Shown piece after piece: positions 26,952 through 36,823 of a stretch of 41,366 nucleotides of DNA (its first letter is position 1; every line of letters begins with the position of its first letter). The notes under the pieces were generated by a model. It searched no databases, was not told where the DNA came from, and was given only the letters and a program-made list of their open reading frames with translations. The DNA is from Clostridia bacterium (GTDB lineage: Bacteria > Bacillota > Clostridia > Oscillospirales > CAG-272). Made by a program: the position numbers and the translations under genes. The DNA lies in contig JAFZRM010000024.1 in assembly GCA_017619885.1 (NCBI GenBank), positions 1 through 41,366 of the forward strand. Direction: 5' to 3'.

Positions 26952-29627
26952 ATGAAAATCACAGACCTTCAATGCGAACATATGCCCGCCGGCCGTCCGG
27001 GCGACTGCGACGTTTACTGTATCGGCACGGACAGGCCGCATTTTTCGTTCCGTATAGACGGCGCGGACAGGAACGCTTCCGTCAGATCGTATAAGCTCAT
27101 CGTCAGCTCAAGCGCTGAGCTTTCCGCCGACGGCGTCGGCGATATGTACGACACCGGCACGGTGCAGGGCTCGAACGTTTTCGATATAGAATACTGCGGA
27201 AAACCGCTTCTGCCGCTCAGCATCTATTATTTCAAAGTATACGTTATGGTCGGAAAGACCGCTCTTAAAAGCAATATCGGCGTTTTTGCGACCGGGATCG
27301 GAGACGCCGGACATATAAAGGATCATTTCATAACCGCGCCGGAAGGACATCTGCGCGCATATGACGTTTCAAAGGGTCGCGGCGGCCGTCCCGCGCCGTA
27401 TTTCAGACGCGACGTCAGACTCGAAGGGCGCGTATCGTCTATATACGCATACGTTACGTCTCTCGGCGTTTTCGAGTTCTTTATAAACGGCAAAAGAATA
27501 GGCGACGCGCATTTCGACCCCGGCTTTACCGATTATCACAAAACGCTTCAGTACCGTTTCTTTGACGTGACTAAATATTTCACGTCCGGCACGAACACGA
27601 TCGGAGCCGTCGTCGGCAGCGGCTGGTATAACTCGTATCTGGGCTATGCCGGTGAAAAGGATATATACGGCGACAAAAACGCTTTGTCGATCTATTTTCG
27701 CGTCATATACAAGGACGGCAGCTGGGACGAATTTTACACCGACGACAGCTGGGAGTGCGCGTCGGGCGCTTATATCTACACCGACAACCAGAACGGCGAA
27801 TACTACGACGCGCGGCTCGAGCGCAGAGGCAGATTCGAGCCTGGACACGACGATTACGGCTGGGCGGCAGCGGTAAAATACGTCCCGCCTTTTATCTCCG
27901 GCACTAAACTCCTGCCCGTGGCCGGTCCTTCGGTCAAGGTGAACGAAACGATCGATCCCGTATCAATCAGCCGCGTCGGCGACGATTATATCGTCGATAT
28001 GGGACAGAACATGGTCGGCGTGCTTTCGGTAAAACTGAAATGCGAGGCGGGGACCGTGATCACGTTCAGACACGGAGAGATGCTCAACGACGCCGACAAA
28101 GGCGAACGCGGCTGTGACGGTTCGAAAGGAACTCTTTATACCGAGAATCTCCGCGGAGCGGAGCAGACGGACACCTATATCTGCCGCGGACAGGACGACG
28201 AATATATCCCGCATTTCACGTTCCACGGCTTCAGATACGTGCAGATACACGGTCTGCCGTACGAGCCCGCGATCGAAGACGTAAAAGGTCTCGTGATGTA
28301 TTCGGCGTGCCGCAGGACCGGCAGCGTCAGAGTTGAAAACAAAGATCTGAGACAGCTCATTTCAAACATCGAATGGGGCCACAGAGGCAATTTCCTCAGT
28401 CTGCCGACGGACTGCCCGCAGCGAAACGAACGGCTCGGCTGGACCGGCGACGCTCAGGTTTTCAGTAAATCCGCCTGCTACGGCATGGACTGCGCCGAGT
28501 TTTACAATAAATATATGCGCGACGTGACCGACGCTCAGAAGCCTAACGGATCCGTCACGAGCATCGCGCCGATGGTAAGAAAACACAACGGAGCGGATCT
28601 CACCGGGAACGGGGCCGCGGCGTGGGGCGACGCGATATTCATAATCCCGTTCAACGTTTACAGGATTCACGGCGACAAACGCGTCCTTTCGGATACGTAT
28701 CCGTACGCCGAAAAGTACTTCGAATATCTGCTCGGCACGACCGACGGTCTGTTAAGACCCGCCGCCGGATACGGCGACTGGCTGTCCGTATATGAGGAAA
28801 CGCCGAAAGACGTGCTGGCGACCGCCTTTTTCGCGTACGACGCGTATATCATGTCGTATATTTCCGAAATACTCGGCAAACGCGACCGCTCAGAGTATTA
28901 TAAAACGATGTTCGACCGGATATCCGAGGAGTGGCGCGAGGCGTATATCCGCGACGGAAACATTATTAAGGGCGACACGCAGTGCGATTATCTTCTCGCG
29001 CTCAAATTCGGGCTCGTTAAAGGCGATGAGAAAGACGCCGCAGTCGCGCATCTGTTAAGAAAGATCAAAGAAGCGGACGGGCATCTGCGCACAGGATTTG
29101 TCGGTGTCGGATATCTGTTGCCGGTGCTTTGCGACAACGGACACGCCGACACCGCTTATGAGATACTTTGTCAGACGACTTATCCTTCGTGGCTGTATTC
29201 CGTCAAAAACGGCGCGACGACGATCTGGGAGCGTTGGAACAGCTATACGGAGGAGAACGGCTTCGGCGACGCCGGGATGAACTCTTTCAATCATTATTCG
29301 CTCGGCAGCTGTTACGAGTGGATGTACGAGTATATGCTCGGTATAAAACCCGTGACCCCGGGATTTGCGAGATTCTTATACAGACCGTACCCGGACAAGC
29401 GTATTACCGGCGCCTCCGGCAGCTACAACAGTCCGTCCGGTACGATCGGTTCGGAATGGCGTTATAACGGTCACAACTACGACATGAAGCTGACCGTGCC
29501 CGTCAACGCGACGGCCGTCGTGCTTCCCGACGAGAAGCTGCACATCGGCGGCATACGCGGTTATCAGCCTGTATCAGAGATGCTCGAGCTCGGCTCCGGC
29601 GTACACACGTTCAAATTATTCGAGTAA
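26952..29627 (+). CDS. GH78 alpha-L-rhamnosidase, no signal peptide
   Basis: DMGQN, FTFHGFRY, PTDCPQRNERLGWTGDAQ, GATTIWERW, MNSFNHY. Confidence 0.92.
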   Translation: MKITDLQCEHMPAGRPGDCDVYCIGTDRPHFSFRIDGADRNASVRSYKLIVSSSAELSADGVGDMYDTGTVQGSNVFDIEYCGKPLLPLSIYYFKVYVMVGKTALKSNIGVFATGIGDAGHIKDHFITAPEGHLRAYDVSKGRGGRPAPYFRRDVRLEGRVSSIYAYVTSLGVFEFFINGKRIGDAHFDPGFTDYHKTLQYRFFDVTKYFTSGTNTIGAVVGSGWYNSYLGYAGEKDIYGDKNALSIYFRVIYKDGSWDEFYTDDSWECASGAYIYTDNQNGEYYDARLERRGRFEPGHDDYGWAAAVKYVPPFISGTKLLPVAGPSVKVNETIDPVSISRVGDDYIVDMGQNMVGVLSVKLKCEAGTVITFRHGEMLNDADKGERGCDGSKGTLYTENLRGAEQTDTYICRGQDDEYIPHFTFHGFRYVQIHGLPYEPAIEDVKGLVMYSACRRTGSVRVENKDLRQLISNIEWGHRGNFLSLPTDCPQRNERLGWTGDAQVFSKSACYGMDCAEFYNKYMRDVTDAQKPNGSVTSIAPMVRKHNGADLTGNGAAAWGDAIFIIPFNVYRIHGDKRVLSDTYPYAEKYFEYLLGTTDGLLRPAAGYGDWLSVYEETPKDVLATAFFAYDAYIMSYISEILGKRDRSEYYKTMFDRISEEWREAYIRDGNIIKGDTQCDYLLALKFGLVKGDEKDAAVAHLLRKIKEADGHLRTGFVGVGYLLPVLCDNGHADTAYEILCQTTYPSWLYSVKNGATTIWERWNSYTEENGFGDAGMNSFNHYSLGSCYEWMYEYMLGIKPVTPGFARFLYRPYPDKRITGASGSYNSPSGTIGSEWRYNGHNYDMKLTVPVNATAVVLPDEKLHIGGIRGYQPVSEMLELGSGVHTFKLFE

Positions 29628-29640
29628 AGGAGGGATCCGC

Positions 29641-31587
29641 TTGAAAAAAACTGCGGCGGCAATGACCGTTGTCATAATTGCTTTGCTTTTCGGTCTGATC
29701 TGCCACGGCGCGGACGCCCGGATCGTAAATCAGAACGGTGAGACCGGCTCGGTATCGCTCGGAGATCTGCTGACGGTACAGACCGATATAGACGGAGAAG
29801 GAAGATACGTTCAGTGGTACGCGGACGGGGAGAAAACCGGCGAAGCCTCTGAATCGCTGCGTGTCGGCACGGATATGCTCGGCAAATCGATCACGGCGAC
29901 CATGACGAGCGGAGAAGTGTCGGTCACGACCGAACCCGTCACCGTCAAAGCCGGCGCGCCTACGCTTGAATTTTCGGGCAACGCGGGCGATTACTCCGCG
30001 TATCTTACGTGGTCAGGCAACGGCAACGGCGCGGAAATAACCGGATACGAGATCTCGTACAGCCTCAGTTCGTCGCCTTCCGTTGTGATCGGCACGGTTT
30101 CGCTCGGTCCGGGCGCCACCGGTTATACGCTGACCGGACTTTCCGGAGGCGCGGAACACACGATAAGGCTGACCGCGTACAATTCCGTCGGAAGCACGTC
30201 CGTTTCGATCAGGCTTACGCCGAACGATCCGGATCTGGCGACGGTCGTAGCCGTAAAGAACGAGATCGAATCGTCGAATTTCGCACTTCATATGGATATA
30301 GCCAACGACGCCTCCTCGATATGCGAATATCTTACCTCGTATTTCAGAAGATTTTCCGATTACGGCGTGACCGTAAAGGACGTGATAGTCGATTCCGTCA
30401 TACCTGCCGTGCGCAAATCCTCACAGTTCCCGGACGCGCCGGCAGGCAGGTTCTCTTATATCGTAGAGATAACGAAAGGCGACGTTAGCCTTACGACTAA
30501 GAAACTCACGGCGCAGATCGACAACTCTTCGTCGATCGTTTATCTGTTCGCCGAGAAATTCAGCGTGCAGAGAGGAGAAAAGCTCACCGTCACCGCCGCC
30601 GTTATCGACGTAGCGGATGACGGATTCAAATGGTATATTTCACAGACCGAGAAAGGCGAGGGGACTCTCGTCTCCGGAGCCGATTCCGCGTCGTGCAGCA
30701 TACCGACCGACAAGGCCGGTGAGTATTACGTTTACTGCGTATGCGGCGGCGTCTCGTCTTCAAGGATGAAGATAGTCGTCACCGAACCGTTCGTCGCGGT
30801 ATCCGACGTAGAGCTTTCGACCGAAACGCTGACGGTTTCGGAGAGTTCTGTGCTTCACGCGGACGTTTATCCGTCGAACGCCACAAACTCGTCGATCGTC
30901 TGGGTCGTCGTCAACGACGGCGGCTGTATGGTATCGCTCAACGGCAGGACGATCACCGCGTACGTTCCCGGCACCGTTACGCTCAAAGCGTCGGTAAAAG
31001 GCGGGACCGCAGACGGCGACTATGAAAAGACGTTTTATCTGACGGTAAAAGAAAAAGCAGCGGAAGGCGCCGTTACCGAGAAAGACAACAAGGACGATCT
31101 GCCTCAGATCGTTTATTCGGAGCTCGACTGCTCGGGCATCTCCGGCGTCGATTCGCTGACCGTCAAAGTAGAGAACGGCACCGTTCAGATCACGCCGGTG
31201 ACTAAAGAATCCATACTTAAGATCATCGCCGACGCGGGGATTGACGCGGACGAGGACGACGTCATCGGCGCCGTCAAATTCGTATACAGCCCCGGCGCCA
31301 TTGCGCACGAAACGATGCTCGGAATAAAAGGCTACGACAACGAGCGCGTCCGCGTGCTTACGGTCAACGGAAACGGCGGCAAAACGCTCAACGAACAGAC
31401 GCCGGACAACGGCTCGATCTACGGCAGCGCCGTATCGCCCGACACGGTGATCCTGCTGAAGCAGGCGGGAAAAGACAACGGCGCAAAGATACTGCCCGTG
31501 CTTGCAGCCCTGCTCGTGCCCGCAGCCGTCGCGGTAGCACCCGTCGTGATTGCGTCAAAGAGCGGAAAGAAGAGGATCGGAAAATGA
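29641..31587 (+). CDS. Secreted, membrane-anchored fibronectin type III / Ig-like domain protein
   Basis: Signal peptide; FN3 pattern LTW...ITGYEISY...YTLTGL...LTAYNSVG; Big_2-like VYPSNATNSSIVW; C-terminal hydrophobic segment plus basic tail. Confidence 0.75.
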   Translation: MKKTAAAMTVVIIALLFGLICHGADARIVNQNGETGSVSLGDLLTVQTDIDGEGRYVQWYADGEKTGEASESLRVGTDMLGKSITATMTSGEVSVTTEPVTVKAGAPTLEFSGNAGDYSAYLTWSGNGNGAEITGYEISYSLSSSPSVVIGTVSLGPGATGYTLTGLSGGAEHTIRLTAYNSVGSTSVSIRLTPNDPDLATVVAVKNEIESSNFALHMDIANDASSICEYLTSYFRRFSDYGVTVKDVIVDSVIPAVRKSSQFPDAPAGRFSYIVEITKGDVSLTTKKLTAQIDNSSSIVYLFAEKFSVQRGEKLTVTAAVIDVADDGFKWYISQTEKGEGTLVSGADSASCSIPTDKAGEYYVYCVCGGVSSSRMKIVVTEPFVAVSDVELSTETLTVSESSVLHADVYPSNATNSSIVWVVVNDGGCMVSLNGRTITAYVPGTVTLKASVKGGTADGDYEKTFYLTVKEKAAEGAVTEKDNKDDLPQIVYSELDCSGISGVDSLTVKVENGTVQITPVTKESILKIIADAGIDADEDDVIGAVKFVYSPGAIAHETMLGIKGYDNERVRVLTVNGNGGKTLNEQTPDNGSIYGSAVSPDTVILLKQAGKDNGAKILPVLAALLVPAAVAVAPVVIASKSGKKRIGK

Positions 31588-32036
31588 AAAAGATAGCATC
31601 ATTTACCGTGGATCACACGAAGCTCGATCCCGGGATCTACGTTTCACGAGTCGACGGCGACGTCACCACGTACGATCTGCGCATGAAAAAGCCGAACGCC
31701 GGTGAATATCTGTCGGACCTTCAGATGCATTCTTTAGAGCATCTGCTCGCTACGTTCATGCGCAACGGAAAGATAGCCGAGAACGTGATATACGTCGGAC
31801 CGATGGGATGCAGAACGGGCTTTTATCTGCTCGTACGCGGTCTCTGCAATGAAGCCGTGCTCGACGCGCTGATCGAAGCGCTTGATGACATCTGCGCGTA
31901 TGACGGCGAGATGCCCGGCGCCTCGGAGAAAGAATGCGGCAACTATCGAGAACTGTCGCTTGACGCGGGCAGAGAAGTCGCCGCTCAGTATCTTGCGATA
32001 TTAAATGGCAAAACGAACGATTTCAGATACAGGTGA
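31584..32036 (+). CDS. luxS: S-ribosylhomocysteine lyase
   Basis: SFTVDHTKL, HSLEH metal motif, GPMGCRTGFY, ECGNY. Confidence 0.97.
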   Translation: MKKIASFTVDHTKLDPGIYVSRVDGDVTTYDLRMKKPNAGEYLSDLQMHSLEHLLATFMRNGKIAENVIYVGPMGCRTGFYLLVRGLCNEAVLDALIEALDDICAYDGEMPGASEKECGNYRELSLDAGREVAAQYLAILNGKTNDFRYR

Positions 32037-32040
32037 TGAT

Positions 32041-32742
32041 ATGATCGGTATTATAGCTGCAATGGAGACAGAGCTGCGTCTTATAAAAGACAAGCTCGTC
32101 GGCGTCGCCGCCGAAACAAAGGGCGGAATCACGTTTTACCACGGAACTTATAAAAATAAAGACGTCGTCGCCGCGGTATGCGGCATCGGCAAAGTTTTCG
32201 CCGCAATGTGCGCAGAGGCGATGATAATCTCATATTCTCCCGACGTCATAATCAATACCGGCGTCGCAGGGTCTTTGTCCGACAAGCTTCACGTGCTTGA
32301 CTGCGCGGTGGCTGACAAGTGCGTCCAGCACGATATGGACACCTCGCCGCTCGGCGATCCCGTCGGCATGATATCCGGCGTGAACAAGGTGTTTTTTGAG
32401 ACGGACGTTTCGTATTCCGATTTGTTCCGCGACTGCTGCAGAAAAACCGGCAAAGAGCCGGTGTCTTGCACGATCGCGTCGGGCGACGCTTTCATCGCCG
32501 ACGCCCGCAGAAAAAAGCGCATAGCGCGCCGGTTCGGCGCGTCTGTATGCGATATGGAGAGCGCCGCGATAGCGCACGTCTGTTACGTCAACAGTACGCC
32601 GTGCGTGATATGCAGATGCATTTCCGACGGCGCCGACGACGGGGCGAAAATAGATTTTCCGACGATGTGCGGCAAAGCCGCAGACATATCGTCTCGCGCA
32701 ACTCTTATGTTTATCGAAAAGTTCGGAGGAGATCATGCCTGA
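32041..32742 (+). CDS. mtnN: 5'-methylthioadenosine/S-adenosylhomocysteine nucleosidase
   Basis: MIGIIAAMETE, CGIGKV, INTGVAG, DMESAAIAHVC, ISDGAD. Confidence 0.93.
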   Translation: MIGIIAAMETELRLIKDKLVGVAAETKGGITFYHGTYKNKDVVAAVCGIGKVFAAMCAEAMIISYSPDVIINTGVAGSLSDKLHVLDCAVADKCVQHDMDTSPLGDPVGMISGVNKVFFETDVSYSDLFRDCCRKTGKEPVSCTIASGDAFIADARRKKRIARRFGASVCDMESAAIAHVCYVNSTPCVICRCISDGADDGAKIDFPTMCGKAADISSRATLMFIEKFGGDHA

Positions 32743-34729
32743 ATACAAAAGAGCGTCGTTTTCCGGCGAGTCTGTCGTACTCGAAAACGAGAATATCAAA
32801 GTAAACGTCTGCAAAAGGATCAGCGGCTACGGCTTTGCCGAGATATATTCCGGTGAAGGCAGACTGCTCGCCGTGCTCGACCACTTCGGTGAGGTAAAGC
32901 TGAGGGATCAGGATATCCCCATGCGTCTCGAGGCGGAAAAAGCAGAGAAGACCGATGACGGATACACGTTCAATGTCTTTTCCTGCACACCTGCTAAGCG
33001 GCTTGAAAACACGTCTTTCGCCCCGTGGATCGGGTATCCGTTTGAAAATCCGGTCCTTCACGGTACCGTGAAGCTTAAACTCGAAGAAAAAAGCCTCCGC
33101 GTTGAAACGGAGCTTTATTCGGATTATAACGTTTACGCCGAATATCTGCGCCTGCTCTGGCTTTACTGCGGCGAGGGCAGTTACGGCATCGCCAAGACCG
33201 ACGCGCTGCTACCGGGCGTAGACTGGCCCGTAGGCGATGAATGGTCGTCCGGCACGGATTTTTTCAAGGATCCGTGGGCGGACAGACGCATCCCGCATCC
33301 GAACAAAATCGCCTCGCCTTTCATGGCGGTTTCGCACGGCGGCGATTGTGTTTCAGTCGAATACAGCCTTGACACGCCCGTCATGCGCTGGTTCAACTAC
33401 AACGAGTATTACGCTCAGCCGGTGTTCGCCGCGCCTAATTTCATTGAAAGACAGAACAACAGTCTTCTCGGTATCATGATACCTGACGTCAAGACCGAGG
33501 ATCAGGAAAATAAACCGTTTGCGGCGCCGTTCGAGATACACAAGGGGCAGAGGATCACGTTTTCCGCCCAGATCACGGTAGGCAAAGGCACTTCGATCGA
33601 CGCGCTCGCCGATTTTGTGAAGCGTTCAGGGATGCCGAAACCGCAACCGGTATACACTCCCGACGAGGCGCTTGAGCGGATCGCGACGGCTTATAATACG
33701 AATCTATACCATGATGGCAAAGGATTCGGTTACGTTCAGGGTGGATCGGTTTCGATAACACGGACGCCGCCGACGTTTCTGCGCAGGTTTATTGCCGACA
33801 ACCCCGGCACAACTCTTTCTGCGCAGCTGCGCGAAAAGATCGCGGAATCCGACTCGGCCGCCGCTCAATCCGGACCTAAGCCGACTAAGGAGGAGCTCTG
33901 CCGCCGCGGCGATACGATAATCGGCTGGCAGAGAGAAGACGGCGCGTTTTGTTTCGATCCGGACGGGCGCCATTACGGCAAGGACGATTTCGTCGTCGCG
34001 CGTTCCTTCATCGATCCGATGGCTCACGGCGGCGATACGGCGCTGTATCTTAACACCGTGCCCGCGCTCGAGTTGATTCACATTTATGAGAAGACAGGAG
34101 AGAAGAAGTATTTCGACGCCGCCTGCAAATCGCTCGATCTGTTTCTTGACGCTATCAGACCGGAGGGCGGAGACTACTGGGAAACGCCGCTTCACGCGCC
34201 GAACCTGCTCGCGGCAGGTCACGCCGCAAACACGTATTATTACGTTTATAAGAATCACGGTGTTGAAAGATACCGCGAGCGCGCCGTTCATTTTCTGCGC
34301 ACGCTTCTGGCGTTCACGCATCTGCGGCGCCCGAAGAACGTACCGTCGCTATACAACACCAAACCGTGTCTGTGCTGCTCGGACTGGTATTTCGCGAACT
34401 GGGTGCGCGATTTCGTACAGTGGGAAGTACTGCACTGCATAGTTCATGCAAAATCGCTTGGTATACGCTGGGAAGAGATAGATCCCGGTCTTGACTGGCT
34501 GACTTACGTTGAAGGCGTGACGACCGCGACTTACAACTGGATGGCTGACCACAAAAAGAACAACTGGCGCCCGCACAACATCCCGTCTTCATATCCGGCG
34601 TACGAGCGCGGAGAATTCGACGGCTGTTTCTCCGACACGTTCAACTCCGTGACCGGAAACACTGGCGGCATGTTCATCCACCCGTCGACGATCGCCGACT
34701 GCATTTATTATTTTAAAGATGAAAAATAA
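32735..34729 (+). CDS. Hypothetical protein, possible C-terminal alpha/alpha-toroid (glycosidase-like) domain
   Basis: 664 aa ORF overlapping mtnN; LELIHIYEKTGEKKYFDAA helical-hairpin motif; no signal peptide. Confidence 0.65.
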   Translation: MPEYKRASFSGESVVLENENIKVNVCKRISGYGFAEIYSGEGRLLAVLDHFGEVKLRDQDIPMRLEAEKAEKTDDGYTFNVFSCTPAKRLENTSFAPWIGYPFENPVLHGTVKLKLEEKSLRVETELYSDYNVYAEYLRLLWLYCGEGSYGIAKTDALLPGVDWPVGDEWSSGTDFFKDPWADRRIPHPNKIASPFMAVSHGGDCVSVEYSLDTPVMRWFNYNEYYAQPVFAAPNFIERQNNSLLGIMIPDVKTEDQENKPFAAPFEIHKGQRITFSAQITVGKGTSIDALADFVKRSGMPKPQPVYTPDEALERIATAYNTNLYHDGKGFGYVQGGSVSITRTPPTFLRRFIADNPGTTLSAQLREKIAESDSAAAQSGPKPTKEELCRRGDTIIGWQREDGAFCFDPDGRHYGKDDFVVARSFIDPMAHGGDTALYLNTVPALELIHIYEKTGEKKYFDAACKSLDLFLDAIRPEGGDYWETPLHAPNLLAAGHAANTYYYVYKNHGVERYRERAVHFLRTLLAFTHLRRPKNVPSLYNTKPCLCCSDWYFANWVRDFVQWEVLHCIVHAKSLGIRWEEIDPGLDWLTYVEGVTTATYNWMADHKKNNWRPHNIPSSYPAYERGEFDGCFSDTFNSVTGNTGGMFIHPSTIADCIYYFKDEK

Positions 34730-34760
34730 AAAATCAGGGCTGCGTTTCGGCAGCCCTGAA
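34728..34760. terminator. Intrinsic terminator between convergent operons
   Basis: TCAGGGCTGC-GTTTCG-GCAGCCCTGA with flanking A-tract. Confidence 0.8.
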
Positions 34761-34764
34761 AGTA

Positions 34765-36819
34765 TTATGTACCCGAAAGCGTAAGCGTCGCGATGCCGAC
34801 GCCGCCATCCGACCAGAAGATCTCCGGCGCCACAGACGTCGCACACGTCGTGGCAAAATACATTACCGTATACGTTCCGTCGTCGTTCTGTTTGATCTCT
34901 CCCGTGCCGTTTTCGGTCGCGAGACCGAGGAAAAACACATTTTTGTTAAGCGCGTTTCTCGGGTCAGTCTGATCGACCGAAGCGAACAGGAGACTGCTGC
35001 TGCCGGAAAACGACAGACCGTCACGGCTGAACTGGAGCGTCGGCGCCGTCAGCTCTTCGCCGTTTTCCTTATATCTGCCGAACGTGACGCGGATGAAGAT
35101 ACGGTTTCCGTCTTTGTCCGTCAGATAACCTATCTGATTTCCGATCTCGGAAAATCCGCTCGTGGCTTCCTTATCCTTGTATTCGTACCTCGTCGGGTCG
35201 GCCGATCTTATGCGGATATATCCGTGGAACTGACCGTTGACGAAATGCCCGGTATACATCCAGAACGGCTTGCCGTCCGGGTCGTCCGCCACGTATATGA
35301 CCTCCTCGTGATTGAAGCCGATCTCGGGATTGTCGCAGATTATCGCGGGCTCGTCGGTCTTGCGCTCCCAGTTGACGCCGTCGTCGGAGCTTGCGTATCC
35401 GATCTTGTCGCCGTAGTTGCCTTTCGGCGTAATATACGAGCACTGCCAGTACATATGGTACTTTCCGTCGACGTACAGCACCTCCGGCTCGAGCGTGTTG
35501 TCTCTCCACCAGTCCTCGATCCCGAGCTCCCAGCCGAGGTAAAACATAGGCTTATCGATATACCTGTACCAGTTTTTTCCGTCTCTTGACGTCGAAAGCA
35601 TTATGTGGTCGCCGTCGCTTTGCTCAAAATTCGCGTCGCCCCAGCGGCAGCCGGAATACAGTCTGTATTCGCCGTCAACTATCATTCCGAAAAGGGAATA
35701 GTCGTACGCGAGATCGCCGTTGTTGAAATAAACCGTGTTATGCAGTCTTTTGTTGACGGTCCCGTATCCGATGAGATCGGCCGCGCCGTTGCCGGTGACG
35801 TCGCCCGCGGCTACGTTTATCGGATAGTTTTTCTCGTCAAATTCAGATTCGGAATACAGATTTTTGTTATCGGTATCGGTACCGAACGTCCCGTCGCCGC
35901 GACCGAAAACGGTAAGCGTTTTATAAACGTCTCCGCTCTTTATCAAATAAAGTATATCGGCGTATTTATCGCTGTTGAAATCGGCGCACAGCACTTTTTC
36001 GTACGCATCGGACGAAGGCTTTATTTCTTTTTCCGACAGTTTTTCAAAACCGTCGCCCGCGCGTCTGTAGACCGTTACGAGCGCGCCTTTCACGGTCAGC
36101 AGATCGCATAGCCCGTCGCCGTCCGCGTCGCCGCAGAGAAGCTCGCCGTCAAGTCCTTCAAGCTTGAAGTAAGACATCGCGAAACCGGCTTCGTTTCCGT
36201 AGTAAATAACTGTTTCGCCGTTCATTGAAAGCAGTACGTCGTTATATCCGTTGCCGTCAAAATCACCGGCGCCGCAGAGCGTCGCGCCGTCGCCGATCCA
36301 TACGCTGAACAGCTCTTCGCTGTTATATTTGTTGTTTGAATCGAAAACGTACGAAACGTCCTTTTTGAACGTCATCGTTATCGCATAAGCGGACAGGACG
36401 CCGCCGTTATACGTTATGACGTCGGCAAACGAGTCGCCGTTTAAATCGGCTGACGCTATCTGCGACGAGAAATCGCCATTGCCCGACACGGATTTTGCCG
36501 TGAACATAGAGGCGCTTACCGTATACGGATGACGGATCGCGGAATGAGCGCCGTAGAAAGTGCTGTCGTAAGATACTTTCAGTTTCAGGCCGCTCAGCTT
36601 GACTTCACCGGATCTGTTCGTTTCGGCCTCTTTATAAACGGGCGCCGTGTTGCATTCAACGCTTTCAACGAGATACACCGGCTCCGGGATCGCCTCTGTA
36701 TCGGCGTCCGTTATCGGCGCCCCGGTCGTTACTGCTTCCGTATCTTTCGACACGTTACCGGTGCAGGAGCACAAAAGGACGAGCGAAAGCAGGGAAGCGA
36801 TTAAAACTTTTATTTTCAT
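34765..36819 (-). CDS. Lipoprotein with FG-GAP/VCBS repeats and a C-terminal five-bladed beta-propeller glycosidase-like domain
   Basis: Lipobox LCSC; five (G/A)DxxxDxxxD-type repeats; EPEVLYVDGKYHMYW and IGYASSDDGVNWER. Confidence 0.75.
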   Translation of the reverse strand: MKIKVLIASLLSLVLLCSCTGNVSKDTEAVTTGAPITDADTEAIPEPVYLVESVECNTAPVYKEAETNRSGEVKLSGLKLKVSYDSTFYGAHSAIRHPYTVSASMFTAKSVSGNGDFSSQIASADLNGDSFADVITYNGGVLSAYAITMTFKKDVSYVFDSNNKYNSEELFSVWIGDGATLCGAGDFDGNGYNDVLLSMNGETVIYYGNEAGFAMSYFKLEGLDGELLCGDADGDGLCDLLTVKGALVTVYRRAGDGFEKLSEKEIKPSSDAYEKVLCADFNSDKYADILYLIKSGDVYKTLTVFGRGDGTFGTDTDNKNLYSESEFDEKNYPINVAAGDVTGNGAADLIGYGTVNKRLHNTVYFNNGDLAYDYSLFGMIVDGEYRLYSGCRWGDANFEQSDGDHIMLSTSRDGKNWYRYIDKPMFYLGWELGIEDWWRDNTLEPEVLYVDGKYHMYWQCSYITPKGNYGDKIGYASSDDGVNWERKTDEPAIICDNPEIGFNHEEVIYVADDPDGKPFWMYTGHFVNGQFHGYIRIRSADPTRYEYKDKEATSGFSEIGNQIGYLTDKDGNRIFIRVTFGRYKENGEELTAPTLQFSRDGLSFSGSSSLLFASVDQTDPRNALNKNVFFLGLATENGTGEIKQNDDGTYTVMYFATTCATSVAPEIFWSDGGVGIATLTLSGT

Positions 36820-36823
36820 GATC

